DNA of 38,447 bases from Candidatus Micrarchaeaceae archaeon (GTDB lineage Archaea > Micrarchaeota > Micrarchaeia > Micrarchaeales > Micrarchaeaceae). Below, in pieces: positions 15,771-25,321 of this stretch (its first letter is position 1; each line of letters begins with the position of its first letter). The DNA is taken from positions 1 to 38,447 of the forward strand of contig JBEKES010000003.1 of assembly GCA_050013715.1 (NCBI GenBank), read 5' to 3'. The notes under the pieces were generated by a model that was not told the origin of the DNA, did not search any database, and was given only the letters and a program-made list of their open reading frames with translations. The translations under genes were made by a program, and so were the position numbers.

Positions 15771-16856
15771 TTATATTTTGATTTCGGTTTTTGGTATTTT
15801 GCTAATATCATAGGTTCTTCCGCGCCATTTCACGCTTCTCATTGTTGATGCCTTTAGCAAATTAAACAAGTAAACAAAGTTGATGAATGGATAAATTGCA
15901 AGCACATGCAGTGATTTTGAGCGCTTGTAGGCCTTTGCTGCATTTAGCACAAAAGGAAGCAATAATGCAAAAAGTATCGGATTCACAGCAATGCCAAGCA
16001 CTATCCCTGAAACAAGGAGAAGCACATTGGCAGAGTAGAATGCAATGCCATAGTAGAGTATCTTGTTGCTACCAGCTATGGAGAATGCCGTTTGCCTTGT
16101 ACTCCATTCCACGAATTGCTGGAAATTATCATTGGTATATACTATCGGATTGGCTTCAGGAACATAGGCTATCTTGAATTTGAGTCTTTTCGCTATCTTG
16201 GTAAGCGCAATGTCATCCGAAATTGATTCGGCAAAATAATTGAAGGCATTTCCTTTCAATAACTCTTTTCTGAAGGCAAGGCTGCCTCCCCAGCCGAATC
16301 TTGTTCTCTCGTTTTCCATCAAGCCAAAGCCCACATAGCCCCAGCTGTGCTTCACCTTGGACCATATGCCTCCTATCGGCTCAAATACAGGAAAAGCTGT
16401 TGAAAGCCCTATGCTTTTATCGGAAAACGGCCTTATGAGTAATTCAAGCCAATTCCTGCTTACTAATACATCAGAATCGAGTATTACATAAATGTCATAA
16501 TTGGTGTATTTTGCCATTGCGCTTGCAAGGTTTGTCACTTTACCGCTTCCCTTGCTGTATTTCTTATTTGCCAGTATATAATCGGTTTTTGTTGCATGTA
16601 TTGCCTTGAGCGCCTCATCGCTCTTAGATGCAACAACTGTAATGAACTTATAGCTCTTGTAGGTCTGGTCCTGCGCTGATTTGAGATTGTCCCCAAGTTT
16701 TATGTCGGTTCCCTTGCATGGCATTATGACAAGCACTTTTGGATTGTAGTTCTTTGCTGCATATTTTATTTTCTTTCCAGGAATAACTGCAATTATCATT
16801 AGGAATAGGAATACAAGTGCAAGAAAGAACATGTAAACATCAAGGTATGTGTTCAT
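15771..16856 (-). CDS. Glycosyltransferase family 2 (ceramide glucosyltransferase / HpnI-like), membrane-bound
   Basis: VIMPCKG, GSGKVTNL, LDSD (DxD), ISDDIAL and WSTRQ motifs with flanking TM helices. Start taken as MNTYLD. Confidence 0.85.
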   Translation of the reverse strand: MNTYLDVYMFFLALVFLFLMIIAVIPGKKIKYAAKNYNPKVLVIMPCKGTDIKLGDNLKSAQDQTYKSYKFITVVASKSDEALKAIHATKTDYILANKKYSKGSGKVTNLASAMAKYTNYDIYVILDSDVLVSRNWLELLIRPFSDKSIGLSTAFPVFEPIGGIWSKVKHSWGYVGFGLMENERTRFGWGGSLAFRKELLKGNAFNYFAESISDDIALTKIAKRLKFKIAYVPEANPIVYTNDNFQQFVEWSTRQTAFSIAGSNKILYYGIAFYSANVLLLVSGIVLGIAVNPILFALLLPFVLNAAKAYKRSKSLHVLAIYPFINFVYLFNLLKASTMRSVKWRGRTYDISKIPKTEIKI

Positions 16857-16860
16857 CTTA

Positions 16861-17265
16861 TCAAGCAATAAACGATTCAAGCCTTCTATTGATCTGAAGG
16901 GTTGTTTTCTTTGTAACTGTCTTGGTTTTGAGGTTTTCCTTCATTTCCTGTAATTTGATAAAGAACCAGCCGTTTCCGCTCATGCGCCATGCAACAAAGG
17001 TATTCATTTTCGTATTTCTTTCCCAGTTGATAAGGCCTTCAAACCTGTCATTCTCTATGGAAAGACTATCGTTGTCCCAGGCCTTGCACTCAAAGGCGTA
17101 GCCTATCCCTTCCTTGATTGCTATTATGTCAGGGCTAAGTGTATTGATGCCGCTGCCAGCGCCTCTCATTACCGAGAATCCTTTTTCATGGAGCACTTTC
17201 AATAGTTCTCGCTCTGTCCTTGCGCCCTTAGCATATCTGGTCAAGATATCACTGATCAGTATCAT
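16861..17265 (-). CDS. hjc: Holliday junction resolvase Hjc
   Basis: YAKGARTERELL...GFSVMRGAGSG...PDIIA...FECK. Confidence 0.92.
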   Translation of the reverse strand: MILISDILTRYAKGARTERELLKVLHEKGFSVMRGAGSGINTLSPDIIAIKEGIGYAFECKAWDNDSLSIENDRFEGLINWERNTKMNTFVAWRMSGNGWFFIKLQEMKENLKTKTVTKKTTLQINRRLESFIA

Positions 17266-17335
17266 ATGAATACTAAAAACTTAATACCAGTATGTTTTAT
17301 AAAAGCAAGTGCACTATAATAACAAGGTATTGGGG

Positions 17336-18280
17336 ATGTTCGAAAACTTGAAGAATGGTCTTAAGACTGCAAACGCTGTAAGAAAATTGGTATTTGCAGA
17401 CAAGGGGCTGTTCGCCTATCCGATAATCACTGCACTTGCCGCAATAATTCTTGGCATAATAATGTTTGTGATCTTGATATTTCTTTTCATAACAAGTGTG
17501 CTTGTCAACTGGAGCGGTGCAGCACAGATAGTTCTTGTGCTTATAATACTGTATCTTTATTATCTTGCTGTATTCTTCATAGAAACGTATCTAACAGCCG
17601 CAATGCTTATCTCGTTTAGGGAATATGCAAAGGGCAAGAACAGCAAGATAAGTTTCAATGAATCGATAAACAGGACAAAACCATATCTTAAATTGCTGTT
17701 TGAATGGGCGGTATTCTACACCATAATTGCCACAATTATACGCATAATAGAAGGATTAATAAACAGGGCCATGGGTAGAGGCCTTTCCGGCGCTGTAATA
17801 AGCAGCGTAATATCTGGTGCAATGAACCTTGCCTTTGCGGCTGCAATAGCATTCTCTTTGCCTGTAATACTTGACGAGAAGAAAGGTCCCATAGATACAA
17901 TAAAACTGAGTGCAAAATTCATCATAAGCAATTTTGGGGAAACGTTTGGAGGCCTTATATTCACTGAACTATTCCAGATTCTTTTTGCGGTAATAGGGAT
18001 AATATCAATAATAGGGGGTGTATTGTTGTTTGGTAGTTCTGTAATTTTGGGCGTCATACTAGTTGCAATAGGATTCATAGTAATAGTAACTGGAGTAGTT
18101 CTCAGATATGTATTGTTTAACTGCTTCAAATTGATTATTTATGATTACAAGACAAGAAAAGTATTGCCAAAAGGATTCGACAAGCAGCTCATAGACAACA
18201 GCATAAAGAAAAAGCAGGGCAACAAGCCTGGTGGAATCAATCCATTAAGCTTCGGCATGGGCCAGCAGGGCGGATTGTAA
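17336..18280 (+). CDS. Multi-pass membrane protein (DUF6159-like)
   Basis: About 6 TM helices; LPVILDEKKGPIDTIKLS...FGE motif; start taken as MFENLK. Confidence 0.75.
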   Translation: MFENLKNGLKTANAVRKLVFADKGLFAYPIITALAAIILGIIMFVILIFLFITSVLVNWSGAAQIVLVLIILYLYYLAVFFIETYLTAAMLISFREYAKGKNSKISFNESINRTKPYLKLLFEWAVFYTIIATIIRIIEGLINRAMGRGLSGAVISSVISGAMNLAFAAAIAFSLPVILDEKKGPIDTIKLSAKFIISNFGETFGGLIFTELFQILFAVIGIISIIGGVLLFGSSVILGVILVAIGFIVIVTGVVLRYVLFNCFKLIIYDYKTRKVLPKGFDKQLIDNSIKKKQGNKPGGINPLSFGMGQQGGL

Positions 18281-18457
18281 AAATTGTGATTGCCTTAACG
18301 TTGACATTTTCTCTAGTAATTGAGGGTCTTTCCTTAAAAGAACTAATACTTCAGATATGCTATCCCAGCCACATCTGAATTTGTCTCTTGGTTCTAATCT
18401 CAAACTCTGCACATTTCTTAAATTAACAGTTTCTGATTTTTTTTGAATTCCCTGCAT
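18245..18457 (-). CDS. Hypothetical small protein
   Basis: 70-aa ORF with GATGAT leader filling an otherwise empty gap. Confidence 0.35.
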   Translation of the reverse strand: MQGIQKKSETVNLRNVQSLRLEPRDKFRCGWDSISEVLVLLRKDPQLLEKMSTLRQSQFLQSALLAHAEA

Positions 18458-18497
18458 ATTATCATCAATACCTCTCTATTTTAGTAAATATATACAA

Positions 18498-19331
18498 ATG
18501 CAAGTTACCTTTTGGGAACTTCAGAAATCAACTTATATATATTTGAAAGTTCCAAACATATTTGTGGTAGAATTTATTTCAAGAACAAGAGCAGAGACCA
18601 GAGCTAGCTTGCGTTCGATGCTAAGACTAGACAGAAGTATTGTAATAGCCATAGACATAGACCAGACCCTTGCTGATGTACATACTGTAATGATAAAACT
18701 CTACAACGAAGCAAAGGGAACATCATACACAGTTGAGGACCATAAAGACTGGGATTTCAAGTCAATAGGTTCTAATTATGTCGAAATGATGGGCTTCTAC
18801 GTGCAAGCCTGGAAATATCATTGGAAGGAAATAAAGCTTATGGGCAATAGGGAAAGCCTGATAAATTCTGAAGAATATTTTGTTCAGGACATAAGCTCTA
18901 CCAGGGATTACCATGCTCATGCGTTAACTGGTGGTACCTGTCAAATGGCAACAGCCTGGCTCAAGATGCAAGGAATAAATTGGTTGCCTTATTTCTACGA
19001 TGCAACAAAAATAAAAAAGCTCAATCTTAGATATGAAATGTATTTTGATGACTCGCCAAAATTGGCAGAGGACATTACATCAAGGGACTACTCATTCCAG
19101 TTCCTCATAGATAGGCCATACAATAGATACATACCAGATACTGATAGGATAATGCGCGTATCTGGAATAGATGAAGCATCTCAAGAAGTTATAAGTGCAG
19201 CCATAGACATTGGCAGAAAAAAGAAGCACTATCAAACTCCTGCTGGTCAGGCATTTCTGCGTGAAGGCGGAATAGATGCAAGAGACAGAATAGTCGCTCA
19301 TTTCAGGAAAATCGAGCAAAACACTTCTTAA
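18498..19331 (+). CDS. HAD-superfamily 5'(3')-deoxyribonucleotidase (NT5C-like); real start probably GTG ~18564
   Basis: IAIDIDQTLAD (DxD motif I) and YFDDSPK (motif IV). Confidence 0.75.
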   Translation: MQVTFWELQKSTYIYLKVPNIFVVEFISRTRAETRASLRSMLRLDRSIVIAIDIDQTLADVHTVMIKLYNEAKGTSYTVEDHKDWDFKSIGSNYVEMMGFYVQAWKYHWKEIKLMGNRESLINSEEYFVQDISSTRDYHAHALTGGTCQMATAWLKMQGINWLPYFYDATKIKKLNLRYEMYFDDSPKLAEDITSRDYSFQFLIDRPYNRYIPDTDRIMRVSGIDEASQEVISAAIDIGRKKKHYQTPAGQAFLREGGIDARDRIVAHFRKIEQNTS

Positions 19332-19339
19332 TAATGACT

Positions 19340-20899
19340 TCAACCAAGCCTTTTCTGACCTGAATCCTTTGGTCCTATACGTATTCCATGGTCCATTCTG
19401 TCCTTGATTTTTAATATTGTGTCGCGCATTCTTTTTTCCCTTATCCTTGATATGAATAAGTATGTCTCGTCCTTTGTCTTTGTTGCGACAAGTATCATTA
19501 TCTTGCCGAGTTTTATTCTTCCTGCCCTTCCTTTCCTTTGTATGTTTCTTATTTCATTGGGTATTGGCTCGTAAAAAATAACTGCATCAACGCTTGGTAT
19601 GTCAAGGCCCTCTTCCCCTATTGATGTTGCAACAAGCACTCTGAATTCATTTCTCCTAAATGCTGCTATCGTTTCCTGCTGGTGCGCTTGAGTTATTCCA
19701 TCTTTCTTTCCAACGAATTCCCTTGCCAATATGTCGTTGCTGTTCAGAAGCTGTGCAATCTTCTTTGTAGTTGAGCGGTATTGCGCGAATATTATCACAT
19801 TGTCGTTTTTCAAGTCACTCTTCAACATGTTTGTAAGCAGTGCCATCTTCGGGTGCTCCTCCCCTTTTTCCAGTGCTTCCCTTGCGATCTTTATTGCTGA
19901 GATTACTGACCTGTTTGCAAGTATTCCTTTTACAGTTCTGCTCTTATTCTCACGGTTTTCCAATGAATCCATGTAGCTTATGAAAGGGTAAATTCCTTCT
20001 GCACTTATCAGATCATAGGCATGCACAAGAGTGAGCACATAAACGTAGTTGTAGATTCCCATGAACCTGTAGTTCCTTGCCTCTATCTTTTTTATCGCAT
20101 CGCCAATGCTCAATAATCTGCCCTTGGGCATGTTCTCAAAAGTTCTGAAAGGGCTCAATCCATGCGAATACAGATTAGACAGATGCTCGTCTATCAAAGG
20201 CTTCAGTAATGCAAGAACAGAATCTATTGTTTTACCTTTGTCAACTGTCAATACTGTAATGTCTTTTCTCATTACGTAAGGTTCTACATCAGCATCAGTG
20301 CTTATCCTTATCTCTATGTTCTCTATGCCCAATGCGCTTATCAATGCCCCTATCTTCTTGTTGTCACTACCAGGAGAAGCTGTAAGCCCGAGAACCTGTG
20401 CTCCTTTTAGTTTTGCTTCATCGGCAACGTAGGTGTATGCGTATCTACCAACTGCACGATGGCATTCATCGAATATAACTACACCATAATCTTCCAGAGA
20501 GATTTGCCCCTTCTTGAGGTCATTTCCGAAGGTTTGCGGAGTTGCAACAATTACCTTTGCGTTGTTTTCCAATTCTTCCCTTTTTGACTTGCTTATGCTT
20601 CCTGTCAATAGCAGTATTTTCTCCTGCTCCATATTGAGGAGCTTTGAAAGCGACTGGTAATGCTGCTCGCTGAGCGGTTTTGTAGGTGCGAGAATGACAG
20701 CTTTCTTTCCATCGTGAAGTGCATGAGCAATCGCAAAGACAGCGATGAGTGTTTTGCCTAGTCCTGTAGGCAGTACAACAAGCGTGCTTCTTCCGTTGTA
20801 AAGGCTTTTTATTATGTTGATTTGATAGGCCCTTGGCTGCAAGTTCTCAGTATTTACAAGCCTATCATAGGGAGAAAGCGCACTCCATGATAACTCCAT
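19340..20899 (-). CDS. hef: Hef/FANCM-like SF2 helicase (helicase domain only)
   Basis: PRAYQ, LPTGLGKT, DECH, TASPG, TSIGEEGLDIP, QRKGRAGR. Confidence 0.9.
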   Translation of the reverse strand: MELSWSALSPYDRLVNTENLQPRAYQINIIKSLYNGRSTLVVLPTGLGKTLIAVFAIAHALHDGKKAVILAPTKPLSEQHYQSLSKLLNMEQEKILLLTGSISKSKREELENNAKVIVATPQTFGNDLKKGQISLEDYGVVIFDECHRAVGRYAYTYVADEAKLKGAQVLGLTASPGSDNKKIGALISALGIENIEIRISTDADVEPYVMRKDITVLTVDKGKTIDSVLALLKPLIDEHLSNLYSHGLSPFRTFENMPKGRLLSIGDAIKKIEARNYRFMGIYNYVYVLTLVHAYDLISAEGIYPFISYMDSLENRENKSRTVKGILANRSVISAIKIAREALEKGEEHPKMALLTNMLKSDLKNDNVIIFAQYRSTTKKIAQLLNSNDILAREFVGKKDGITQAHQQETIAAFRRNEFRVLVATSIGEEGLDIPSVDAVIFYEPIPNEIRNIQRKGRAGRIKLGKIMILVATKTKDETYLFISRIREKRMRDTILKIKDRMDHGIRIGPKDSGQKRLG

Positions 20900-20972
20900 A
20901 ATACTTAATTAGCAAGAGAGGTTTAATATTTTGTATACTCTTATATAGTTTACAGTTCAGAAAGTAATTCAT

Positions 20973-21044
20973 GCCGCAATAGCTCAGTGGGAGAGCGTCC
21001 CGCTGAAGACGGGAAGGTCGCAGGTTCAAATCCTGCTTGCGGCA
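20973..21044 (+). tRNA. tRNA-Phe(GAA)
   Basis: GCCGCAA/TTGCGGC acceptor stem, TCCCG-CTGAAGA-CGGGA anticodon arm, GCAGG-TTCAAAT-CCTGC T arm. Confidence 0.97.
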
Positions 21045-21106
21045 GAGGGTAAATTTTTCGACGACAAAATGAAACTTGTTATCTATGTTGGATTTTAATC
21101 TATGAT

Positions 21107-21925
21107 TTAAATTCTTCTTCTGAGTTTGAGAATTTTTCCCAATTCCTCCATCGATGCAAACCTAAGCTCATGATCTGTTATTTTTGATACAATTCCGGCA
21201 ATAGCTAATTGACCCATACCATATGCTAGAATATCTCTTTGAGTTAAATCTTCAATCCTATAAGTATTTGATATATTTGATGTAAGTTCTTCTAAAAAGT
21301 TAGTACCTAAATTTACTAAATTTATTACATTTATTGGGATATGTGTAAAGTTTTCTGGCAAATGACCCGATCCTAATTCTATTGTTAAATTTAAGGTTTG
21401 TTTTTTACTTAACTCTGGATTTTCGTGTCTAATCCATTCTTCTGCTTTTGATAAATTTTGTGCTATATGTTTGTCTCTTGCTTCTACACTTTCTTGTAAT
21501 TGCTTTAAATAAAATGTATATGATTCAAAATAACTTTTTAGGTCATCTATAAGTAAAAATTTAAACGATTCGTTGGAAGTGTTAACATAGGTATCAACCT
21601 TTGATTTAATTTCGTCACTTTCTTTTTTATTCCAACGTTCTATTGCTAATAAGGGTTTTTGATTACGATGTAAGTAATCATATCTTTTATTACCAAATTC
21701 ATCGATTTCTCTAATGCCTGTACTCCTCTCATTAAATGATACATTAGCCGCAGAGCGGGACATTTTAAGAGTATTTTTCCACCACTCTTGAACATTTTTT
21801 AGATCATTAGCACAAAAACCTGCATCTTCAGTAGAATACACGTCACATCTAATTATGTAAGGCAATAACTTTTTAGCTTCATTTTCTCCAGAATGTTTAA
21901 CTTTTAGCAAAGTAACTTCTAACAA
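21107..21925 (-). CDS. Hypothetical protein, possible EreA/ChaN/TraB-like fold (cassette 1 cargo)
   Basis: N-terminal strand-His, STE, ARDKHIAQNL and IELGSGHL pattern; AT-rich; GTGAT leader. Confidence 0.55.
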   Translation of the reverse strand: MLEVTLLKVKHSGENEAKKLLPYIIRCDVYSTEDAGFCANDLKNVQEWWKNTLKMSRSAANVSFNERSTGIREIDEFGNKRYDYLHRNQKPLLAIERWNKKESDEIKSKVDTYVNTSNESFKFLLIDDLKSYFESYTFYLKQLQESVEARDKHIAQNLSKAEEWIRHENPELSKKQTLNLTIELGSGHLPENFTHIPINVINLVNLGTNFLEELTSNISNTYRIEDLTQRDILAYGMGQLAIAGIVSKITDHELRFASMEELGKILKLRRRI

Positions 21926-22081
21926 ATTATCACAAATTCTATTCTATTTTATATAATACTTATAACTATCGAAATGTTCACTTTAATTTTTGATTTATTA
22001 GAAAAATATAAAGTAATTACTTTCGTATAATGGATTGGTAGTTATCTGAAGACAGAAAAAGGACGTATAACCCGGCTATCT

Positions 22082-22098
22082 AAATCCTGCTTGCGGCA
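22082..22098 (+). repeat. att-like direct repeat of the tRNA-Phe 3' end (17 bp)
   Basis: AAATCCTGCTTGCGGCA is identical to 21028-21044. Confidence 0.9.
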
Positions 22099-22161
22099 AT
22101 TCTGCTTGTCGTCTAAGGCTTGTTTGATGCCGTGTCAAAATAGTTTTAATCAAAAAAGAGC

Positions 22162-22530
22162 TTAATTTTTACGTAAAGCACTTCTACAAATCTTTTCCAT
22201 TTGTTCTAAATCACCAGGATGACACATTTCTGTAATATGAAGCATACTAACTGAATACTTAGACATTTCTGGAATTAATGCATCCTGATCTCCCAACTGT
22301 CTCAAATAAGACGTTGCCTCATATATCAACTTTTTTGTTTCTGGTGATGCATTCGGATTTTTTTCAACAAGTCTTAACATTCTAAATGTGTTAAATCTAA
22401 ATGAAATGCCACCCAGACCTTTTAAAATATTTCTTACTGCGATATCTTCTAACATACCTGAATTTACAGTAGGATTTTCAGTGGTTCTAAGATCACTTCT
22501 ATATTCTTTTATTTTTGCTAAAATTGCCAT
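22162..22530 (-). CDS. Hypothetical helical protein (cassette 2 cargo)
   Basis: 122-aa ORF with TATAAATATTTG + GTGATG leader; NP-containing LRV-like segments (ENPTVNSGMLEDI, KNPNASPETKKLI). Confidence 0.6.
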   Translation of the reverse strand: MAILAKIKEYRSDLRTTENPTVNSGMLEDIAVRNILKGLGGISFRFNTFRMLRLVEKNPNASPETKKLIYEATSYLRQLGDQDALIPEMSKYSVSMLHITEMCHPGDLEQMEKICRSALRKN

Positions 22531-22648
22531 TTCATCACATTAAATTATATAATTTATCAAATATTTATATGTTTGTTTTTAAAGAAGTCAACATATACTC
22601 TTGTATATAAAGTTATATACAAAAGGATTTGAACAGCAAACAGAATGT

Positions 22649-22660
22649 CTGCTTGCGGCA
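22649..22660 (+). repeat. Second att-like copy of the tRNA-Phe 3' end (12 bp)
   Basis: CTGCTTGCGGCA is identical to 21033-21044 and is followed by the TCGACGACAAATAGACGACAAG motif. Confidence 0.8.
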
Positions 22661-22739
22661 CCTTCGACGACAAATAGACGACAAGTTTTTGGAAAGGTTT
22701 ATATATTTGAAAAGTCATAATAAATAAGTGATAAAAATG
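22661..22739 (+). promoter_or_regulatory. Conserved post-tRNA module: TCGACG/TAGACG direct repeat + BRE/TATA + GTGAT RBS
   Basis: Aligns by hand with 27858-27937 downstream of tRNA-Gly. Confidence 0.7.
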
Positions 22740-23444
22740 GCAGAAGTTATAGCGATACAAAAACAAGGATTTCAGATAGATAAAACATTAAGAAAAACAA
22801 TGCGTGAATTCTCTAATGTGTCTAGTATTGCTCCATGGAAGGAAAAATATAATCAAATTTTATACGATCAAATTAATAAATTAGCTGAAACTTCTCGAAG
22901 CCCTAGCGTGGTAAGAGAAGCAATCTCTTTATTTGAACCGAACGAATTCTCAATTTCCTGTAAGGTTGTTAATTCAGATTCTGTTTCAGCAGTTCTTAAT
23001 GGATTATCTGATATTGCTGGAAAATTATGCGGGAATACTGAAGCTGAAGAATGTGTCCTGTCATTCATAAACGTTTTGAAGAAAGTTGGTATACATACCA
23101 AAGAAGACATCACAACAGGTTCGATTAAATTGATATCAGAATTATACGACTCAAATCCTGAAAATAAAGATGGGCTGCAAGAGGTATTTAAGTTATTAAC
23201 AAAAACTCTTGATTTACATATATCAAAGGATAAAACTAGTGCGGCTTGCAAAATTCTATTAGTATTGCAAGATATTGTTCATATAATGAATCAGTCTGCA
23301 GTGCAGAACGGTTCTTCCGAAATAATGAACAATTCAGGACAAACATATAAAATTATCATGGAAAATTTGTACTCTTTTGAAGGCAACATGCTAAGAGTTG
23401 CACCACACCTAAGAACGGATGAGGCACCTAATGCTGCTAAATAA
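22737..23444 (+). CDS. Hypothetical alpha-helical protein (cassette 3 cargo)
   Basis: Long AT-rich ORF; ATG at 22737 follows the GTGAT RBS. Confidence 0.7.
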   Translation: MAEVIAIQKQGFQIDKTLRKTMREFSNVSSIAPWKEKYNQILYDQINKLAETSRSPSVVREAISLFEPNEFSISCKVVNSDSVSAVLNGLSDIAGKLCGNTEAEECVLSFINVLKKVGIHTKEDITTGSIKLISELYDSNPENKDGLQEVFKLLTKTLDLHISKDKTSAACKILLVLQDIVHIMNQSAVQNGSSEIMNNSGQTYKIIMENLYSFEGNMLRVAPHLRTDEAPNAAK

Positions 23445-23537
23445 TATGTATGAAAATATACCAAACTTAACATATATGCTTAAATCAATTTTGTTTATAA
23501 TATAGTTGCAATAATTTGTAAAAAAGGATAGATTAAA

Positions 23538-23687
23538 ATGAAAAAAACAAGACCACCAGTATCTGAACCAAAAGAGAAAAGAACATCTTCAGAAAGGCAG
23601 ATAAGTGATGTAAGACCTATGTTAAGAACTGAAAGGCCACCGTATCTTTCTGCTGACTTTGAACAAGATCCAATATACGAAAAATAA
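23538..23687 (+). CDS. Possible 49-aa small protein
   Basis: MKKTRPPVSEPKEK...DPIYEK*, with TTTATAA ~40 nt upstream. Confidence 0.3.
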   Translation: MKKTRPPVSEPKEKRTSSERQISDVRPMLRTERPPYLSADFEQDPIYEK

Positions 23688-23802
23688 AAGAAATTAGAAC
23701 ATTGCATTTAGGAAAGATGCAAGAATTATTTTATTGCTTTTCTATGGCAATACAGTAAATATATAAAAGCTATCGTGAGATATACTCTACATTGGTGAAT
23801 CA

Positions 23803-25251
23803 GTGGAAGAAAAACCGGAGAGCAGTGGAATTACTATCAAAAAATCAGAGAACTTCATGGACTGGTACCTTCAGGTTCTTGTGAAATCAAATTTCATGGA
23901 TTACAGCGACGTTTCAGGTTGCTTTATATTCAGGCCCTCTGCCTATGCTGCCTGGCAATTGGTTGTCAATGCAACAGATGTAGAATTCAAGAAAGTTGGC
24001 ATAGAGGACGTTTACTTCCCTTTGTTTATACCTGAGAAGCTTCTTCAGAAGGAAATGGAGCACTTCAAGGGATTTGTGCCTGAAGTTGCATGGGTGACAA
24101 GATCTGGTGATACGGAATTCAGCGAAAAGCTTGCAATCAGACCAACATCAGAGACAATAATGTATGTAAGCTACTCCAAATGGATAAGGTCATGGAGAGA
24201 TCTTCCAATGCGGTACAATCAATGGAATAATGTTGTAAGGTGGGAATTCAAGCATCCTACTCCTTTCATAAGATCAAGGGAATTCCTGTGGAATGAAGGA
24301 CACACTGTATTTGCAACAGAAAAGGAGGCAAACGCAGAAAGGAACCAAATACTGAAAATATACAAGAAAATACTGAAAGAGTATTTTGCATTGCCTGGAA
24401 TAGTTGGAAAGAAATCCAAAAAGGAAACGTTCCCAGGCGCAGTTGCAACATACAGCATAGAACATGTTATGCCCGATGGCTGGGCAATACAAGGACCAGA
24501 TTTCCATAATGATGGACAGAACTTTGCAAAAGCATTTGATATAAAATTCTTGGATAAGGATGGAAAATCATCCTATGCATGGCAGAATACGTTTGCGATT
24601 ACTACTAGAATATTAGGTATAATGGTGGCGACACACAGTGACGATAAAGGATTGGTGCTTCCTCCTAAATTGGCATATATACAGGTTGTCATTGTGCCAA
24701 TATACAAGAACGAGAATGTAGAATCTGTAAAAAGCTATGCAAAATCTGTTTTTAAGCAGTTAAGCAAATCATTCAGGACAAAAATAGATGATAGGGATGG
24801 ATATTCTCCAGGATTCAAGTTCAACGACTGGGAACTCAGAGGAATACCTGTAAGGATAGAAATAGGCCAAAGGGAAGTGGAAGCTAGCAAGGTAGTGCTT
24901 GCAAGAAGGGACACTGGAGAAAAAATAGAATGCAATTCAAAGGAAGTAAAAGCAAGGATAAAAACGCTTCTTAATGAAATAAACGAGAACATGTATGCAA
25001 AAGCTGAAGAATTCCTCAAATCAAACATACATTCCGTAACTAACTATGATGATTTCAAGAAAACATTAACTGAAAAGAAAGGGATAATAAGCGCTCCCTG
25101 GTGCGGGAACAGCGAATGTGAAGACAAGATAAAAGACGAAACTGGTGCGAAAATAACAAACATTCCGTTCGATGAGAAAAAGATTGATTCAAATTGCATC
25201 TACTGCACTAGGAAAATGAAGCACATGGCGAACTTTGCAAAATCCTATTGA
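23803..25251 (+). CDS. proS: Proline--tRNA ligase (archaeal/eukaryotic type)
   Basis: RPTSET, QWNNVVRWE, PFIRSREFLWNEGH, C-terminal Zn domain ending in AKSY. Confidence 0.98.
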   Translation: MEEKPESSGITIKKSENFMDWYLQVLVKSNFMDYSDVSGCFIFRPSAYAAWQLVVNATDVEFKKVGIEDVYFPLFIPEKLLQKEMEHFKGFVPEVAWVTRSGDTEFSEKLAIRPTSETIMYVSYSKWIRSWRDLPMRYNQWNNVVRWEFKHPTPFIRSREFLWNEGHTVFATEKEANAERNQILKIYKKILKEYFALPGIVGKKSKKETFPGAVATYSIEHVMPDGWAIQGPDFHNDGQNFAKAFDIKFLDKDGKSSYAWQNTFAITTRILGIMVATHSDDKGLVLPPKLAYIQVVIVPIYKNENVESVKSYAKSVFKQLSKSFRTKIDDRDGYSPGFKFNDWELRGIPVRIEIGQREVEASKVVLARRDTGEKIECNSKEVKARIKTLLNEINENMYAKAEEFLKSNIHSVTNYDDFKKTLTEKKGIISAPWCGNSECEDKIKDETGAKITNIPFDEKKIDSNCIYCTRKMKHMANFAKSY

Positions 25252-25321
25252 ATTTCATAACCGAAGAGAATAGGTGTATTTAAATAATTTGGCATACCTA
25301 CCCTAACAAGTCGGTTATTCT

